A stretch of DNA of 64,000 bases from the human T2T-CHM13v2.0 reference genome, Homo sapiens. Under the pieces are notes generated by a model. It worked only from the letters and a program-made list of their open reading frames with translations, did not search any database and had not been told where the DNA came from. Each line of letters begins with the position of its first letter. The first letter of the stretch is position 1. The DNA is taken from the NCBI RefSeq assembly GCF_009914755.1, contig NC_060931.1. One strand, given 5' to 3'. Both the position numbers and the translations under genes were made by a program. Shown in pieces: positions 39,866-55,821 of the stretch.

Positions 39866-42800
39866 TCTCTTTAGACCCTAAAATTAGTTTTCTCAGAAGG
39901 AAAGATAATTCAATGGATCTAATTGCCAATTTGAATTCTCATTTGGGCAGAGTTGGTTGAGCTGGGCCATATCAGACAATCCCACTAGTCCCTGGATAGG
40001 AGGTCTTGGGCAAGGCATCTGCCCCTGTCCAATCACAGCTGGCCAAGAGGAGGTGTGGGTCACATGGCTAAGAACAAGGCAAATGCTGAATGAGGGACAG
40101 CTTGGGGACACTTCCCTCCTTGGGGGCTGTGACTGGGCAGTTTTTCTTAGGCGAGAATGGTGTGTACGACAGCTACCATGATCGATGTGTCTGGTACATT
40201 CTCCCATCCTATAAATAATAAGAGAAAAGCAAGATGATGGCAGGGGACGGAATGATAATAATTATCGAGGACTGGCTTCACCTTCAGCACCTCACTTCTT
40301 CCTATGTCCCACTCGTCAGCTGTCTCTGGGAAAGTGATCAGCTTCCAGGAGCCAGAGGGCTCTTTGAAGGGCTGTGAGGAAAGAGGAGCTGCTCAGCATG
40401 CATTTCAATATCCTCAGCACGGAGCACATCACCCTCGCTGTGGGCCCAATGGCCTTTAGAGATGGTGAGAGTTGAGCTGTGGGCACAGAGTTGAGAGTTC
40501 AGTATTCTCAACTCCTTCTCTGAAGCCAGACAAGGACACATTTCCCCTATAGCCTCCCCCTGTAGCTGAGGGCAGGGCTGTGGATCCACATGCTGGCTCT
40601 GTCTTGTTCTTCTGAGTTTATCCTGTGGTTTGCACCAATGTTCTACGGCAACTCCAGAACCCCCAGCTTCAAGCCAAAGTGTTTTCCAAATAACCAGAAG
40701 AGTCCACCTGGGAGGCCTGGCTCAGGCCAGCCCCACGTACGAGGGTTGGCAGCTCTGACATTAATTAACCGTGTGGCCTTTTAATGAACTGAAAGACACT
40801 GGAACACTGCTTTTCTTAATAAAATAAAATCTTTAACCACCAGGGTTGACAGTAGGAGGAAATCTGATAGGGGTGGGGCTGTACTAGAAGTCTCCCTTGC
40901 CTGGTTTGAATGTTCTGGCCTTGTCCCTGGTTGGGACAGCGTATTAAGCTGGGGCAGCTACATCTTCCCCTGGGCTGACTTCTGCCAAAGCCTAGAACGT
41001 TGTCACTAAAGTTTAATTCCTTTTTGTATTTAAAGGCTCCTGGAGTCCTAGAGATGCAACTCTGCAAACCTTAGCAGTTTGTTTCTCCTAAGTTGTAGGG
41101 TCTTTGCTTAGGGTTGATTTATTTAATCCATCAGGTTCTGGTGATTTATTTGATTTTCTGTGCCAAATGAGTGTCTCGAGACAAAAAAGTGGTCTCTAGA
41201 CTAAGTGAACAACACCAAGGTGACCTGTTCCCACTTTGGAGAAGACACAGCTTAATGGTTAAGAGTGTAGACTTTGATACTTGATGCCCTCGGGCTCAAA
41301 TTTTGGCTCTGCAATTACGAACAGCGTGACCTTGAGTAAATTATTGAATAGGTTGGAGCTGTGTTTCCTACTGTGTAAAATGGGGTTGATGATGCCATAA
41401 GTCTGCCCCATAGCGGCATGTGTACATTAAGTGAGATCACGTGCACAGTAAGCACTCAGGAAAGACTCACTGTTTTTTCCAGCTAGGTGGAATTTCTCTG
41501 GGGAGCTATCAGATTTTTTTCCTAGAGACCTGCTGGGTGGCCCACATTTTGGAGCCCTTCCAGGTGGGGGTAGCAGAAACATCATAGGGGGGCATCATGG
41601 GTTTTCCCTCCCAGCTCTATTCCTTCTGCCTCTCGGTGCTTCAGGCCAACTGTTACTAGTTGCAGAGAGACGGCCAAGGCAACAGCAGGCTTGGAAGGTG
41701 CAAGCCTGGACTGGTCGTTCACTGAGTGGAAGGTGTTTGGAATGCAGAGGGGCATGAATGAGCCACCACTCTTTAGTTGGGGTTTTCATTAAGGACATGT
41801 TGCTGTTTGATGCCACTGGGCACAGGACTTTCAGAGCAGGGGATGGGCATAGGGGAGGAGTCCCCACTTCTGGCCATTCACCCTGGTCTTTGAACATCAC
41901 CTGGCTCTGAGAAAGTGGCTCGACAGTACAGGCCCCCAAGCCCAGGATTTGGGAGACCTAATCTGGGCTCAGCCAGGCTTCTGTTAAGTCATTGATCTAA
42001 GGAGCTGGCAAATCCCTTAGGAGAGTATCTGGAATTGATGGCCCAGGCAAATCCAGGCTCTGCCTCTCAGTTTTGCATATACCTTATCGAATTTAATCCT
42101 TGTAACTATTCTGAGTTGCACAGTTTAGAGAGGAGGAAAGTCCCCATGGAGTTTTAAATCTGGAAGAACTTTGAGGTCTTCTGCTTTACCCTCTTGTTAT
42201 GCAGATGAAAAAAGGAAAGCCCAGCAAGGGTGAGGTCACTCAGCTAATTAGGAGCAGAGCTAGAGCCAGATCTGGAACCTTGTTCTTTTAGCCGTGCACA
42301 CTGTAGCTAATGCAGGCGGACCCTGTGCTCTCTTGAAAGGCAACTGCACTGCAGGCCCCATGTGTAGATTTAGGCTGCTTTGTGCCTCAAACCACATCCC
42401 CATCACCAGTGCAGCTTCAGGAATGGTCCTTGGTGGGGCAGAGGGGATAAAACCAGCCTGACTGACAGCTCCAGCTTTCAGCTACCCGAAGGAGTCTCTT
42501 CGAGTCCTTGCCAAGACCCAAACTGGGAATCTCAGACTTCGGACAAGAATTCTCCAACTGTGGGGATGAGTGCACCTAGGCTAAGCCAAGCACTCCTTGG
42601 CCTGTCTTGCGTTACCCAGAATTCCTGAAAGTGCTGGGACTTGGCTAGGTGGAATTTGAAAGTCTGACCTCTGGTTCTAACCTGTTAAAATAGTTGAGCA
42701 CAGACTGTTTTCCCAGCACTGGGCTGCCTGTGTACCACCTGAAGTCGGGGGTAGAGGCCTTTGCACAGTGTCTGGCAGGTGCTCCATAGGAAGGGAGGGG

Positions 42801-44899
42801 AAACTCGAAGCAGGGGCAGGTCCCAAGGAAGACGGGGTGGCATTTTCACAAGAAAATCCCCCAGAAAGGGCGGCCGCCCCATGCTCTCCCCCATGGCATT
42901 GTGCCAGGCTGGCTATGCTGTGGCTTCCCTTTGGGTTCCCCTGGGTGGAAGGGTGCTCACTGAGGTGCCTTTTGGGTGACGTTGCCCATGCAAACACATT
43001 TCCCCAGAAACACATCTGCTCAACTGCACTAAAAATGGCATCTTGATTGACTTATTTAGCGTCCATTAAGTTCATACTCAAATTAACATGCAGAATGGGA
43101 GACAGGAGGGGTTACAACACCCGTAAGGGGTTAGAGAGGCATTTAAAATGGATGAAGATCTGTGTACCAGATGTTTGTTTCACCTAAATAAAACAAAATA
43201 ATAAAACAGAACAAAACACTGCACCAAAAACGTTCTTTCTGGGAGCAGGGAGAGAAAGTTCCATGTCTCTCATCCCTTTCTCGGGCTTCACCCCAAGGTC
43301 ACAGGTCCCTGCTGGTGTAGTGGTGGCCTGTAGATAGGCAGGGAGCCCCATTTCATTGTTGGAGTTACACAGGAGTGACTGTGGCAATCAGCACACAACA
43401 GACTCTTCAAAATCGTGAACAACTGGGGGGACCTTGCACATGGAGGGCCCACTGTTGAAAGAGCTGTGCTGCGGCTGGCCTCAATGCTGGGGAGCATGTG
43501 GCTCTCCTTGGGTCAGCAGAGCAAAGGTAGGGGCATCCAAGAGGGACCCTGGGAGCTCCTTGCATTGCTTGGACCATGAGCCAGCTGGGGCCTGGCTGCT
43601 TCCCAGCAAGAGGGCGCCCACGTTCCCTTTTCTGTGGGGCTGGAGGATTCCTCTTCACCCTCCCCATCCCTCTTCCATGCAGGAAGCATTGCAACATCTA
43701 GACAATGTCTGTATTATCTCCTCTGCCTGGAGCCAAGTAGCCTGTGTGGTCCTGCAGCAGAATACAGGCCCGTGCTGTCGGCCCAGCTCACCCCCACCCA
43801 GGAATGATTATGGAATGGGGGATGCACACTTGCTTCACCCTTCTTGCTCTCCTTTAGCTCCGTGAGTGCCCTACCCCCAAAGCATATTGCTTTACCGGTG
43901 CTGTGTGAGATTATAGAATTCTCAAACCTGGTTCATGACAGGGGGAAGCCCAGAATGGGCCTGCCTGGCAGGACACCGGGATGAGGTGTCTGGTTCCTCC
44001 CTGGGAGCTGCCCATGTGACGTGGATCAGAGGCCCTTCTGGAACCACCACCTCTAGGACAGTAAACTGTCGGTGACTGTAAGTAGCACCCGTAATGCCAC
44101 CATCAGCCCCAGAGGCACAAAGCCGAGACAGAGCAGGAGTCTTGAAGGGGAGAACATTCATGGAGGAGGACTTCTGCGGGAAAAGGGGCTAGATCTGCCT
44201 TTGCCACTGCTCCCAAGACAGTCCTTCTCATTTTTCCCTGGTAATAGCTGCTCCCAGCCCAGCCCTCCCCCACATGGCACCTCAGCTCTCAGTCCGGCAC
44301 TGCCTGCTTTACTGCTTTCCAAGTCCCATGGAAATGAATCATTCTGCTGGCTTGCTGGAGTGCAGTTTCCTATCTTTCAGAAGCCAGTGGCCTTCGAGAA
44401 TAACTGGCATTTCTCAGTCTGTGATAGAGATGTCCCTCTGTTCACGCCAAGGTGAGCTCTTCCAAGCATGTGCACGCAGCTCATGTGCCTGGGGAAATAA
44501 GCACTTTGCTACCTGGCAAAGCAGTGGGGAGGAGAATACTTTGCCTGGAAACCTGACCAGACCCTTAATGAATGTTATGTGTAAGCTTAGGCTGGGCAGT
44601 GTAGTTGGGAGAACAGGGAATGAGTTTCAGTTCCACAATTGTGCTCTGCTCCCTCACATCTCAGGGCCTTTTTACCTACAACCCTGCTGTCTAGGATTCA
44701 GCCATTCATTCCTTCAACACACGCTTGTTGAGTACCTCTTATACTGCAGGCTTACACTCTCATCTGCAAGGTGCTGAGTGAACAAGACACAGGCAATGGG
44801 GGTGCAGACAATGAAGGTGAGGTGTGGCTTGTCCCTTCTTCATCTTTTACTGGTGTCCTGTCTGTGGCGGTCACTATGAGGGCATCTGAACAGTGGTCT

Positions 44900-45362
44900 T
44901 GAGGCAGGAATTTTTACGCCTTAGCTCAGCGAGATCTGGGTTCTTGTCTCACGACCAGGAAAAATTAGGCACATGGACATCAAAGAGTGAGTGGAATAGA
45001 ATTTATGAAGCAAAAAGGGAAGCTCTCAGCAAAAAGAGGGGTCCTGAAAGCAGGTTACTGGCTGGCCCCCTTCATAGTTGAATACAAGGGGCTTCTATAA
45101 TCCACTGATGGGGCTGGTTTCCCTATTTGTATGTGGCGTGAATTCCTGGCACCCCCATCCTTCTAGTGCACATGCGGGCCCTTAGTCTGAGCCACTCCAC
45201 ATTGATTTATTTCCCTTATTGCGCGTGTGTTAAGGGACAGAAGTTTTCACTGCGAGCATGTTTAGGCAAGCCACCTGTGCACAATGACCTTGGCCGGTGG
45301 GAAGTTCTCTGGGGGCCCTCCCCTATCTGCCTAGGAGAGTGCTCTGTCTCCTGCCTCTGTCA
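44900..45362 (-). mobile_element. Complete ERV1 solo LTR, MER61/MER83-like
   Basis: TG...CA termini, 4-bp TSD GTCT; reverse strand starts TGACAGAGGCAGGAGACAGAG. Confidence 0.8.
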
Positions 45363-45747
45363 GTCTCAGGGTTGATCAGCAGAGAATCCCATAGGGGTAT
45401 AGGGGTAGAGAGAGAAAGGGGAGACTCGGGGCAATTCAGGAGGGCTGGAAGTGCAAACTCTCTCTTTCCTGATATTAATCAGACCAGGGCTTCACAAACT
45501 TTTGACCATGATCTATTACAATAAATATGTTTTACATTACAACACAATATAACATAGCTATATGAACATATACACAGGAAAATACACACCTGGCAAAATG
45601 TTATGAGACATTACCAACCTTTATTGTGTGTGAGGAACTGTGATATCTTTTTATTCTATTCTATTTGTTCTATTCTATCCAAAATGATGTTCATGAATTT
45701 TGCAGCCCACTAGTGGATGGCAAATGTCATTTTGAAAAACACTGAAG

Positions 45748-46040
<293 letters not shown>

Positions 46041-46234
46041 GAAAAACACTGAAAGTAAAAAAGGGAAGACAGCTAACACTGCAGGAAAAAGTTACAATCA
46101 AATCTTATTTTGAATGCATTCAGGGAACCCTCTATTTAGATCACCAAGGTAAATTCTTCTGTAAATCAAATCAATCTATTCTTAATTTGTATTTAAGAAG
46201 ACCAAGCCTTCTACTTTGGGGCTTGTTTAAAGCA

Positions 46235-46521
46235 AAATCCACCTTACTTGCCAAGTCAGGTCTGTAGCCATTTTTGCATGGTCCGTGAACTAAGAATGAT
46301 TTTAAATAAAAAAAAAATCAAAAGAATAATTTCACAATACATGAAAATTATATAAATTCAGATTTCAGTGTGTCTATTCATTGGATCACAGACATTCGTT
46401 TGCATATTTTCTATGGCTGTTTTTGCATTAGAGGAGAGTTGAGTCTCTGTTTTAGAGGCTAAATGGTCTGCAAAACCTAAAATGTTTACTGTCCAGCCTT
46501 TACAGAGTTTGCCAACCTCTG
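46235..46521. mobile_element. MER58B-like hAT-Charlie element
   Basis: aaaacctaaaatgtttactgtccagcctttacagagtttgccaacctctg terminus. Confidence 0.65.
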
Positions 46522-46999
46522 GGTTAAAGTGTGGTATTTCTTATGCTGAGGTTGGAGTGACCCCCAAATAAATGGTTTTGCTGGTGAGGAGCCTTCAAAG
46601 GGCTGGCTGAATGAGAATGCCTGGCCTTCCAGAGCCTTCTTTGGCCAGCAGGAGCATCTGTGTGATGCCACTGTGCAGTGAACTCATCTTAACCGCATGA
46701 ATGGGCGAGCAGCTGTCCAGCAGCTGCCCAGAGACCCAGACCGGCTCTCAGGTACTGTGTGGCCTGGCTGAGGGCATCTGGGGGCGGGGCAGGGGCTCAG
46801 TGGGTGCAGCCCTTGAAAAATTCACCAGAATTAGACTCTGATGTCTCCATTTGATCTTTTCTTCCCTCCTTGTCTTGCCTTTTCAAAAGGCGACTCTTTT
46901 CTGTGGCCTCTTCCTCTTTCTTTTGGCTTATATGATCCCTGCATCATTATTTCCCAAAAAAGAATGTGGCAAAGTAACTTTTTGAAATATTAATGAACC

Positions 47000-47426
<427 letters not shown>

Positions 47427-48006
47427 TAAGGGGTTGGGCAGGGAGTTTTTCTGTCTTAACTTCAGGGAGGCCTGAGAATTCTCAGCAGAAATTGTTTCAG
47501 CAAACATCAAAATAGAGCAAGACTTCTCCCACCTCCTTGAGGTGGGTAGGGAAGCAGAGAGGGATGCTCAGTGCAGAGGAATCAGTGAGTGAGGGGAAAA
47601 GACATAGCATCTGAAGACACAGAGGCCAGCACTCAGGACCTCCATCAGAGGACCACGTGAAAGGCAGGTTCAAGTCCACCTTGACCACTCAGCCTCCATT
47701 GCAGTCGGTGGCATCTAGTGCCACTGGCTGGCCTTCCTTCACTGTGGTGGGGATTTCTTTCTGCAGCAGCCAGTACTTCCTTGGTGACTCCATACAGAGC
47801 ATGACACCGTCCCAGCCTCCAGCTTTGGTTCTTTCCCCATCTGACATGCCCTAGGAATTCACTGCCTTTGCAGTTTCACTGGATCTGAGTTAATCCAAGA
47901 AATAGACAAAGGGGTATTGAGTGAACAAGATGACCAGCACATCCTAGGTTCCCAGAGTTCCCAAAGCTGGGTTGAGACCTCACAGGCCGGGCTGGTGGTA
48001 ATGCCC

Positions 48007-48008
<2 letters not shown>

Positions 48009-48038
<30 letters not shown>
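48009..48038 (+). repeat. (GT)~15 microsatellite
   Basis: Seen directly. Confidence 0.95.
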
Positions 48039-48040
<2 letters not shown>

Positions 48041-49424
48041 CGTTCCTTGGCACTCACATATGTTTGTGTGTCTGTGAGGCTGTGTGATGGGATCTGGGAA
48101 CTGGTGGAGGATGAGAATAAAGGATGGAGCGCTAAGGAGTCAGGCAGGCAAAAACAACCCCCACACACCATGCGGGTGTATGCCTCCCGGGTCCCATGCA
48201 CCTGGGTATGTGAACCCTGCCGCCCTCCTGCACAAGAGCCCAGTCTACTGTGCCTGAAGAGGCTGGACCTGACGCCGGCCTTCCCTTTGCTTCATTTGTG
48301 AGATGCCGGCTAGTCCAGTCTGACTTCAGGAGAGCATCTCTGGCTTTTCTGCTCCATTCCTAGTTTTGGTTCTTCCTTAGGAGGCCCCGCAATGGAGGGA
48401 GGAATAGAGCAGAGAAGAGGCGGCATTTCCTCGTCTCCCCACACTCTGGCCTAGGACCTTGTGATGACTTTCTCTAATTTCAGAGGTGGAGACAGACTTC
48501 TTCCAGCCCCCTCCTGTGAAGGGACAGTGGGGCCAACTTCCTTTCCTCTCCTGTGCCAGGTCTTAAAAGCCTGACCTGCATTTTGCAGAAGTCAGGACCG
48601 GCTTGAGTTCAATTACAGTAGATTGCTTGATCTCATTTATTTTCTCCTGTATGCTTGAAGTTAGGACAGCTTTAATTTGAAATGGAAATTTATGCAAATA
48701 CTATGTAAATTAGGTCATTCCCAGATTAACTGGGGGAAAAAATCTGGTCGCCTTAGCAGGCACCATCTGTTCCCTCCTCATTCTTTCCATATCTGAACCC
48801 CACCCCCCCTTTCCCAATCAACTTTGAAACTTGTTTTCCTGTGGCTGAGAAGAGAGATCGTTCAAGGGAAGGAAACTAATCCCCCATCAGTTTTCCAGGT
48901 GGGTCGTTCCAATGTCTGTTTTGCGGTGAGAAGAGGCTCAGGTGAGAGGCTGGGAAGACTTCAGGGTTGGCTCCGGGTTAATGGTTGCCACACTCCACAC
49001 ATGTGCCGCCTCCTCCTTGTTCCTCTCTTTTCTCTTGGCCTCCGCTTCTCTTAGGATTCTTTTCCTCCTTCTCTTTGCCTGAAGTCTTCTAATGGCACCC
49101 AGAAGCCTTCTTCCTCCCTCTTGTGGCAGTCGGAGTAGAAGGGCTTTGGGGTTTTGCAATACCCCCAGAGTTCTTGGGAACTTTTGGGTCCATGTGCGTA
49201 TTGGTTGGGAGGCTCAGGGCCCAAGCGGGAGGCTCTGTCCCACCCCATGGCTGCAGCTCACGCCTATGGAGCAGGGACAGCTTCAGTCCTGCTCTGTGAA
49301 GGCAAGAAAGCCAGGAGCCTCAGAAAAGCTATGGATGTGAGGGAAGCAGGGGGCCCCAGCTTCGTCATTCCGCATCGTTTTCTCCTTTAAGGGGACAAAA
49401 GTGAGAAGACTTCCCAGCGATTCA

Positions 49425-50100
<676 letters not shown>

Positions 50101-52729
50101 TGAGATTTTTGAGGCTATTTGTTATTGCAGCAAAACTTAATGAGAGCTTACTACTACACCCTCTCATCTTCCTCAATCTCTCCTCAAAGCTGCCTCAAAA
50201 TTAAAAAAATTCTTTTATATACTCATGTGATACTTTCTCGCTTTAGGCCAAGTGAAAATAAAGGCATCTTCATAAACATTTGCTTTTTTTCTTGGTTCAT
50301 GATATGACTGTACAAACTGCACTTGTGTATACGGCTTTAAACCCAGACTTCAGGCAGGGGGAACAGTCAGTGCAAAGGCCCCCAAGGCAGGGACGTCAGG
50401 AGTCCATGTGGCTTGGTCAGAGTAAGAAGGTGGGAGAGTGGTAGGGAGTGAGGCTCATGGAGTGAGAGGTGGGCAGTGTGGACCTGAGCATGGGCCCCAG
50501 AGAAGGTGCAGTTTCAGGACAGAAGCACAAGGTGGCACCGTGACACTCCCCTCAGTCACTGTGGACCGCATGTGCGGTGGTAGAGAAGACACATCTTCTT
50601 ATCCTCCAAAATGGCTCTGCCAGGGAATGAAAGTCCAGCCGACTCCAGCAAATTAGAAACTGTACTCTTAGGACTGGAAAAGCTTTCGAGACCTCTCAAT
50701 CAGGGAGGTTTCCATGTGGGGTCCATGATGCCTATGCATGGACTCCAGGACCCAGGGGATCCCCTGAATTGCAGTGTGCTTTTCAGGAGAAACCTCCAAC
50801 ATTTTCACTCCAAGGGGTCTATGACCCAAAAAAGGTGAAGAACCTCTGACTACCACTGGTGCTCCCACCAAGGCCAGACTTGACAAGAACTTCCTCAGCA
50901 ACAGGCAGCCCCGGCCAATTCCACATTATTACCAGGTGCCTGGAGACCTGTGAGTCCTTTGCTATCTCAGTGGAGGCACCCAGTAATGCTTGGAACCGCT
51001 GGGCCTGAGGACACTCGGGCTCTCCTTCCAGAAACTAGAGCTTTTGTGAGGGGCCAGCAAATTTGCATACGTGCACCCATGCACACACGCACACACCCCT
51101 CTCTCCACTGTCCTTAGATTGAAGAAATCACATCTTTTGCACATGAACGTCCTGTTGGTTCTCAAAGGTGCCTGGATGTTTCTGTGATAAGTAAAATATG
51201 ATTGCACAATGTGGTTACTGAATTTGCAGTCACTTTGATCATTATATAGTTTCTCACCCACTGGATGTTTTATAGAAGTCTAATATAGAATTGATCTAAT
51301 TGAAGTTTAATATATATTCGACTCTATGTGTCCAATATAATGAATGGGGCAGGGAGTCTGTCAGATATTTTGAACTAAATGAGAAACTTCATAATCAAAA
51401 TGGTGGGAGCCACAGTCTGGTGAAAGGGAGGGGTCGTGAGTGATGTCTGATGGCCAACAGGTGAGCTGGGACGGCGCAGGGGGCGCGGTGGGGGCAGGAC
51501 AGGAAGCTGCGTGGGCAGCAGGTGGAGGGTGTGAGCAGAAGTGAGACTGGAGCCTGTGGGGTTGCTCAAGTGGAACTGCAGAAGGAGATCAAGAATGAGG
51601 GAAGATGCAAATTTTTAATTCAGCATCTTCTAAAAAAAAGTCCCAGAAATGACTGTATTTGCTATTGGTGTTTTAAAATATCCATTAAATACCACATTTG
51701 CCAGCATCACTTCTCTTATCCCGGCTGCTCTAGCAGCCTGAATTCTGCCTTTTTCTTCCCTGAGAGCTGGGCTCAGGGAACCCGCGTATCGACCTCAGGG
51801 GGTCAGGCCTGCAGGTGGGTGGCTCCCCTGGGACTCTTTAAAACCAAACCCCGAGCAGAAAGGAGAGGCTGAGGTTTGGGGCTCCTTTAAAGGCCTCCTC
51901 TCAGCTTGTCTCCAGTTCACTGCCTAAGAATGTCCTCCAGACACAGGCTCTGAGGCCAGAGCTATTGAATATTTATCAAGGCCTCCTGGCAGACGTGGGA
52001 GACTGAGAACAGGAAAATCAGGCCCAGGCGGGCATCTGTGGAGCCTGCCTGGGTGCTAGCCAGATGCTGCAAGATTCAAGTTGCCCGTTGACTCTGCAGA
52101 GCCTGCCCCGCCCTGTCCTCCCTCCTCGGGGAGGCGTGCATGGGCCTGGCTGCTGTCAGGGTGTTTGCTTCTTGTCACCATCCTCCATACTGACTTCCAT
52201 TGCAAGCCCTGCCCCACTGTGGCTCCATTGTCTGCAGTGGCCTGGGCTGACCAGCTCAGCCTGGAGCCCTGCCCTGGGACGATGTGGGCTAACACAGTGA
52301 CACAAAGCCCTGCTTTGTGGCCCTGACAGGAGGATTTATCATTAGCTGTGAGATGGTCCCTGGCAGATCCTGGCATGTGGTGAGCAGACAGATCTGTGCT
52401 GATCACAGTATTTTGAGTACCCCCAGTTGAATACAGCATCTGGGGCCCTCAAATCTGCCACATGGATCTTATGGCTTCAGGCTCACTGGCACCTTTTGTG
52501 TTGGCCGAAGTACGGGTAGGGGGTAGATTAGGAGCACTAGCTTGTACCCAGTGACGTCTGGGGGCTGGTTTACAGGAAAGGCACCCTAAGGTTGTGCAGG
52601 CCCTGACATGTGGTCCTCCTGGCATCTGGGGACAGCATGTCAGGTTTGGGGTCTGCCCATCCTTGCCTTGGGCACAGGTCCCCAAACAACAGCAGCATCC
52701 CTGTGGGTGGGATATCTGACCAGCAGAAA

Positions 52730-53130
52730 ATGGAAGTGAATATCTCTTTGATCTTGGAGTGAGGAAGAATTTCTTAAAAATAACACACCAAAAAATCACA
52801 AATCATAAAAAAGAAAGATTCATGATTTCAACCACGTTAAATTTAAGAACCTTGGTTCATCACAGGTATTTTAAAGAAACTCAGAAGATAAGCCACAAGC
52901 TGGGAAAAGATATGTGTAGCACTTAAGTGACAAAGGATTAGCTTCAAGAATATATCGAGTCCTGAATGCCTGGTGGGGTGGAGGGAGTGGGAAATAGACA
53001 GATAGTTCAGAAGAAAAATGGGAAAAAAATATGAATAGGCATTTGACAGAAGAGGCAACACATAGGGCCAGTCAACATAGGGATGTGCTAACCTAGTCAG
53101 TGTCCAGGAAATTGCAAAACAGGCAGTGAG
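52730..53130 (+). mobile_element. Old L1 (L1M-type) fragment
   Basis: Degenerate ORF2 3'-like sequence (aagccacaagctgggaaaagatat...aaatatgaataggcattt). Confidence 0.55.
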
Positions 53131-53400
53131 ATCCATTTCCTCCAGTCTGTTTCCTCCAGTCTCTCTCCGGGGCCTGGAGATGCTCCTTGGATGGTTCTCA
53201 GTGGCCCTGGTCCTCTCCCTGGGAAGCCTGGCCTGTCAGGCTCTGCAGAGCCCTCTGTTTTGTCCTTCCCCCAATATCCTCCCACTCAGAGCCTGAGTCT
53301 GCCCCTGCCCCTTCCCTTCCTGTCCTCACCAATGGCGAGTGTGGCAGATCCTCCAGTTTCTAGAAACACCTCCTCACTCCATCTTCATCCTTTCCTTTGA

Positions 53401-53857
<457 letters not shown>

Positions 53858-54234
53858 TAGCACGTTCTAGACCAAGTTCAGGTAGAAAGGGACTCCCTCA
53901 GCTGGCCACAAAGCTACCCTCTCCCTAGTGTGCAGCCTTATCAGGCTATTGTCCAAGGCAAAAGCTGTGTGTAACAAGCAGCCCACGCAGCCTGCAGCCA
54001 GGCCTGCCAAGGCACCTTTCCTAAGGGGCTGCCCATGTGGCCCGCTCACGCAGGATCTTGCTGGCACTCTTCCTTGGGAGCTTACCTTGTTTGGAAACCT
54101 TTCCTGGTTAGCCTTTAAGAGCCTCAACAGGCAGCTGAAAGCATGTCCTGAAATGCCTGAACTCATACTTGGAATGAGAACTAGCTACAGCTTAGTATGC
54201 CATGAACGTTTGCATCACTTGTTGTCCAATAAAT

Positions 54235-54547
54235 CTGCGGTCCCCAACCTTTCTGGCACCAGGGACCAGTTTCATGGAAGACAATTTTTCCATGAACAAG
54301 GAGGATGGGGTGGTTTTGGGATGAAACTGTTCCACCTCAGATCATCAGGCATTAGATTCTCATAAGGAGTGCACAACCTAGATCCCTCGCATGCACCGTT
54401 CGCAGTAGGGTTTGTGCTCCTATGAGAATCTAATGCTGCCATGATCTGACAGGAGGTGGAGCTCAGGCAGCAACGCGCACTCACCCACTGCTCACCTCCT
54501 GCTGTGTGTCCCAGTTCCTAACAGGCCCTGGGGGTGAGGGATCCCTG
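54235..54547. mobile_element. MER1B-like hAT-Charlie MITE
   Basis: ggtccccaacc...gggatccctg termini; 8-bp TSD CAATAAAT / CAATACAT. Confidence 0.85.
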
Positions 54548-55821
54548 CAATACATAACACGTGCTAAGCAGTGGGGTTTGGGTGCTACTTCCCAACTGGC
54601 CGCTCTTAGGAACTGGTGAAACCTTAAGTCAGGTGTGACTGAGCGAGCCCCTGGGTCATGGCTATTCTCCTTGCTGCTCTGCTCTCCTAAGTCTGGTTTG
54701 AGGCTCCTCTCCCTCCCTGGCGTCCCACCCTGTATGTCTCCTAAGCCAGTCCAGCTTCCAAGGGTCGCTGTTGTTTCTCATGGCCTTCATGAAAACAGCG
54801 GGCAGGGCATGTCTCTGGCCTGTGATGGCTCCCCGCTATAGTCCTTGTCATCTGTATATCAAGGAGATTTTATTTCTTTCTTTCTCAGTTCCTCTTTCTT
54901 TCTCTCTTTTTTTTTTTTTTCCTGTTTTTCCTTCACTCAACAAATCAAGCTTCCATTAGGCACAAAGAGTCTTGTAGACACTTGAGGACATACCAGTGAA
55001 CAAAATAGTCTTAAATCCTTGCCCTCATGGAGATTCTATTCCGAATGGGAGACAGGAAATAAGCAAAATAAAATGTGAAACCTATGACAGGGTGAAAGCG
55101 ATATGCAGTCCTGAGAATAACTTTTATTTGCATGGCACCACAGCTGCAAAAAACAGTGCATTTCACTAACCCCTTATGGTATCAACCATGGATGGGGCAA
55201 TCACTACAGGCCAAGCATTGCATTTACATCACTTCAGAACCCCTGTGGGAGGTGCTGTCCTATCCCAGTATACAGATGAGGACACTGGCACACAGGGAGA
55301 CTCAATGACTTCCCATGATCATCCATCTGCTAAGAAGTGGAGTCTGGATTCGAACCTGAAGCCGTGGGACTCCAACGTCTTTGTTCTTTGTCACTGTACA
55401 ATATGCCTCCCAGCTTCTGTCCTGGCTGCCTCCACAATCACTCAGCAGCCTCTGTACTGCATACACCACAGCGGGAGGTAGTGCGTGGCTGCTGAACATA
55501 TGGGTGACGAAAGGGGTTTTCTGGTGGGACTGAAGTGCCACTGTCCCTCTTACGTGCAGAAGGCCCTGCCTGCCCTGCATGCCACCATCTAACCTAGTCC
55601 TGCCAGCAGCTGCCTGGTGGTGGCTTTGCAGCCCTGTTACAGCCCCTGCTGGGTGCATGATTCACAGGGGTGCAGTGTTGCCTTGCCCAGGCTCAGGCCC
55701 TGGCCTGCACCAGCCTGAGACAGAGCACTGGGTCAGAGGTGCCTTCTGTGGCTCCACTGCCCAGGGCATCAATGGAGCAGGGCCTACGGCGAGCCTCTGT
55801 GTGTGTCGAGACAGCTAGAAC

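Noticed and set aside
48938-49159. 73-aa - strand ORF with LQAKRRR...RNKEEAA, loosely like the RPS6 C-terminal helix
   Set aside because: Spacing differs, no flanking similarity, poly(A) or TSD; explained by purine-rich composition. A significant tBLASTn hit to RPS6 would overturn this
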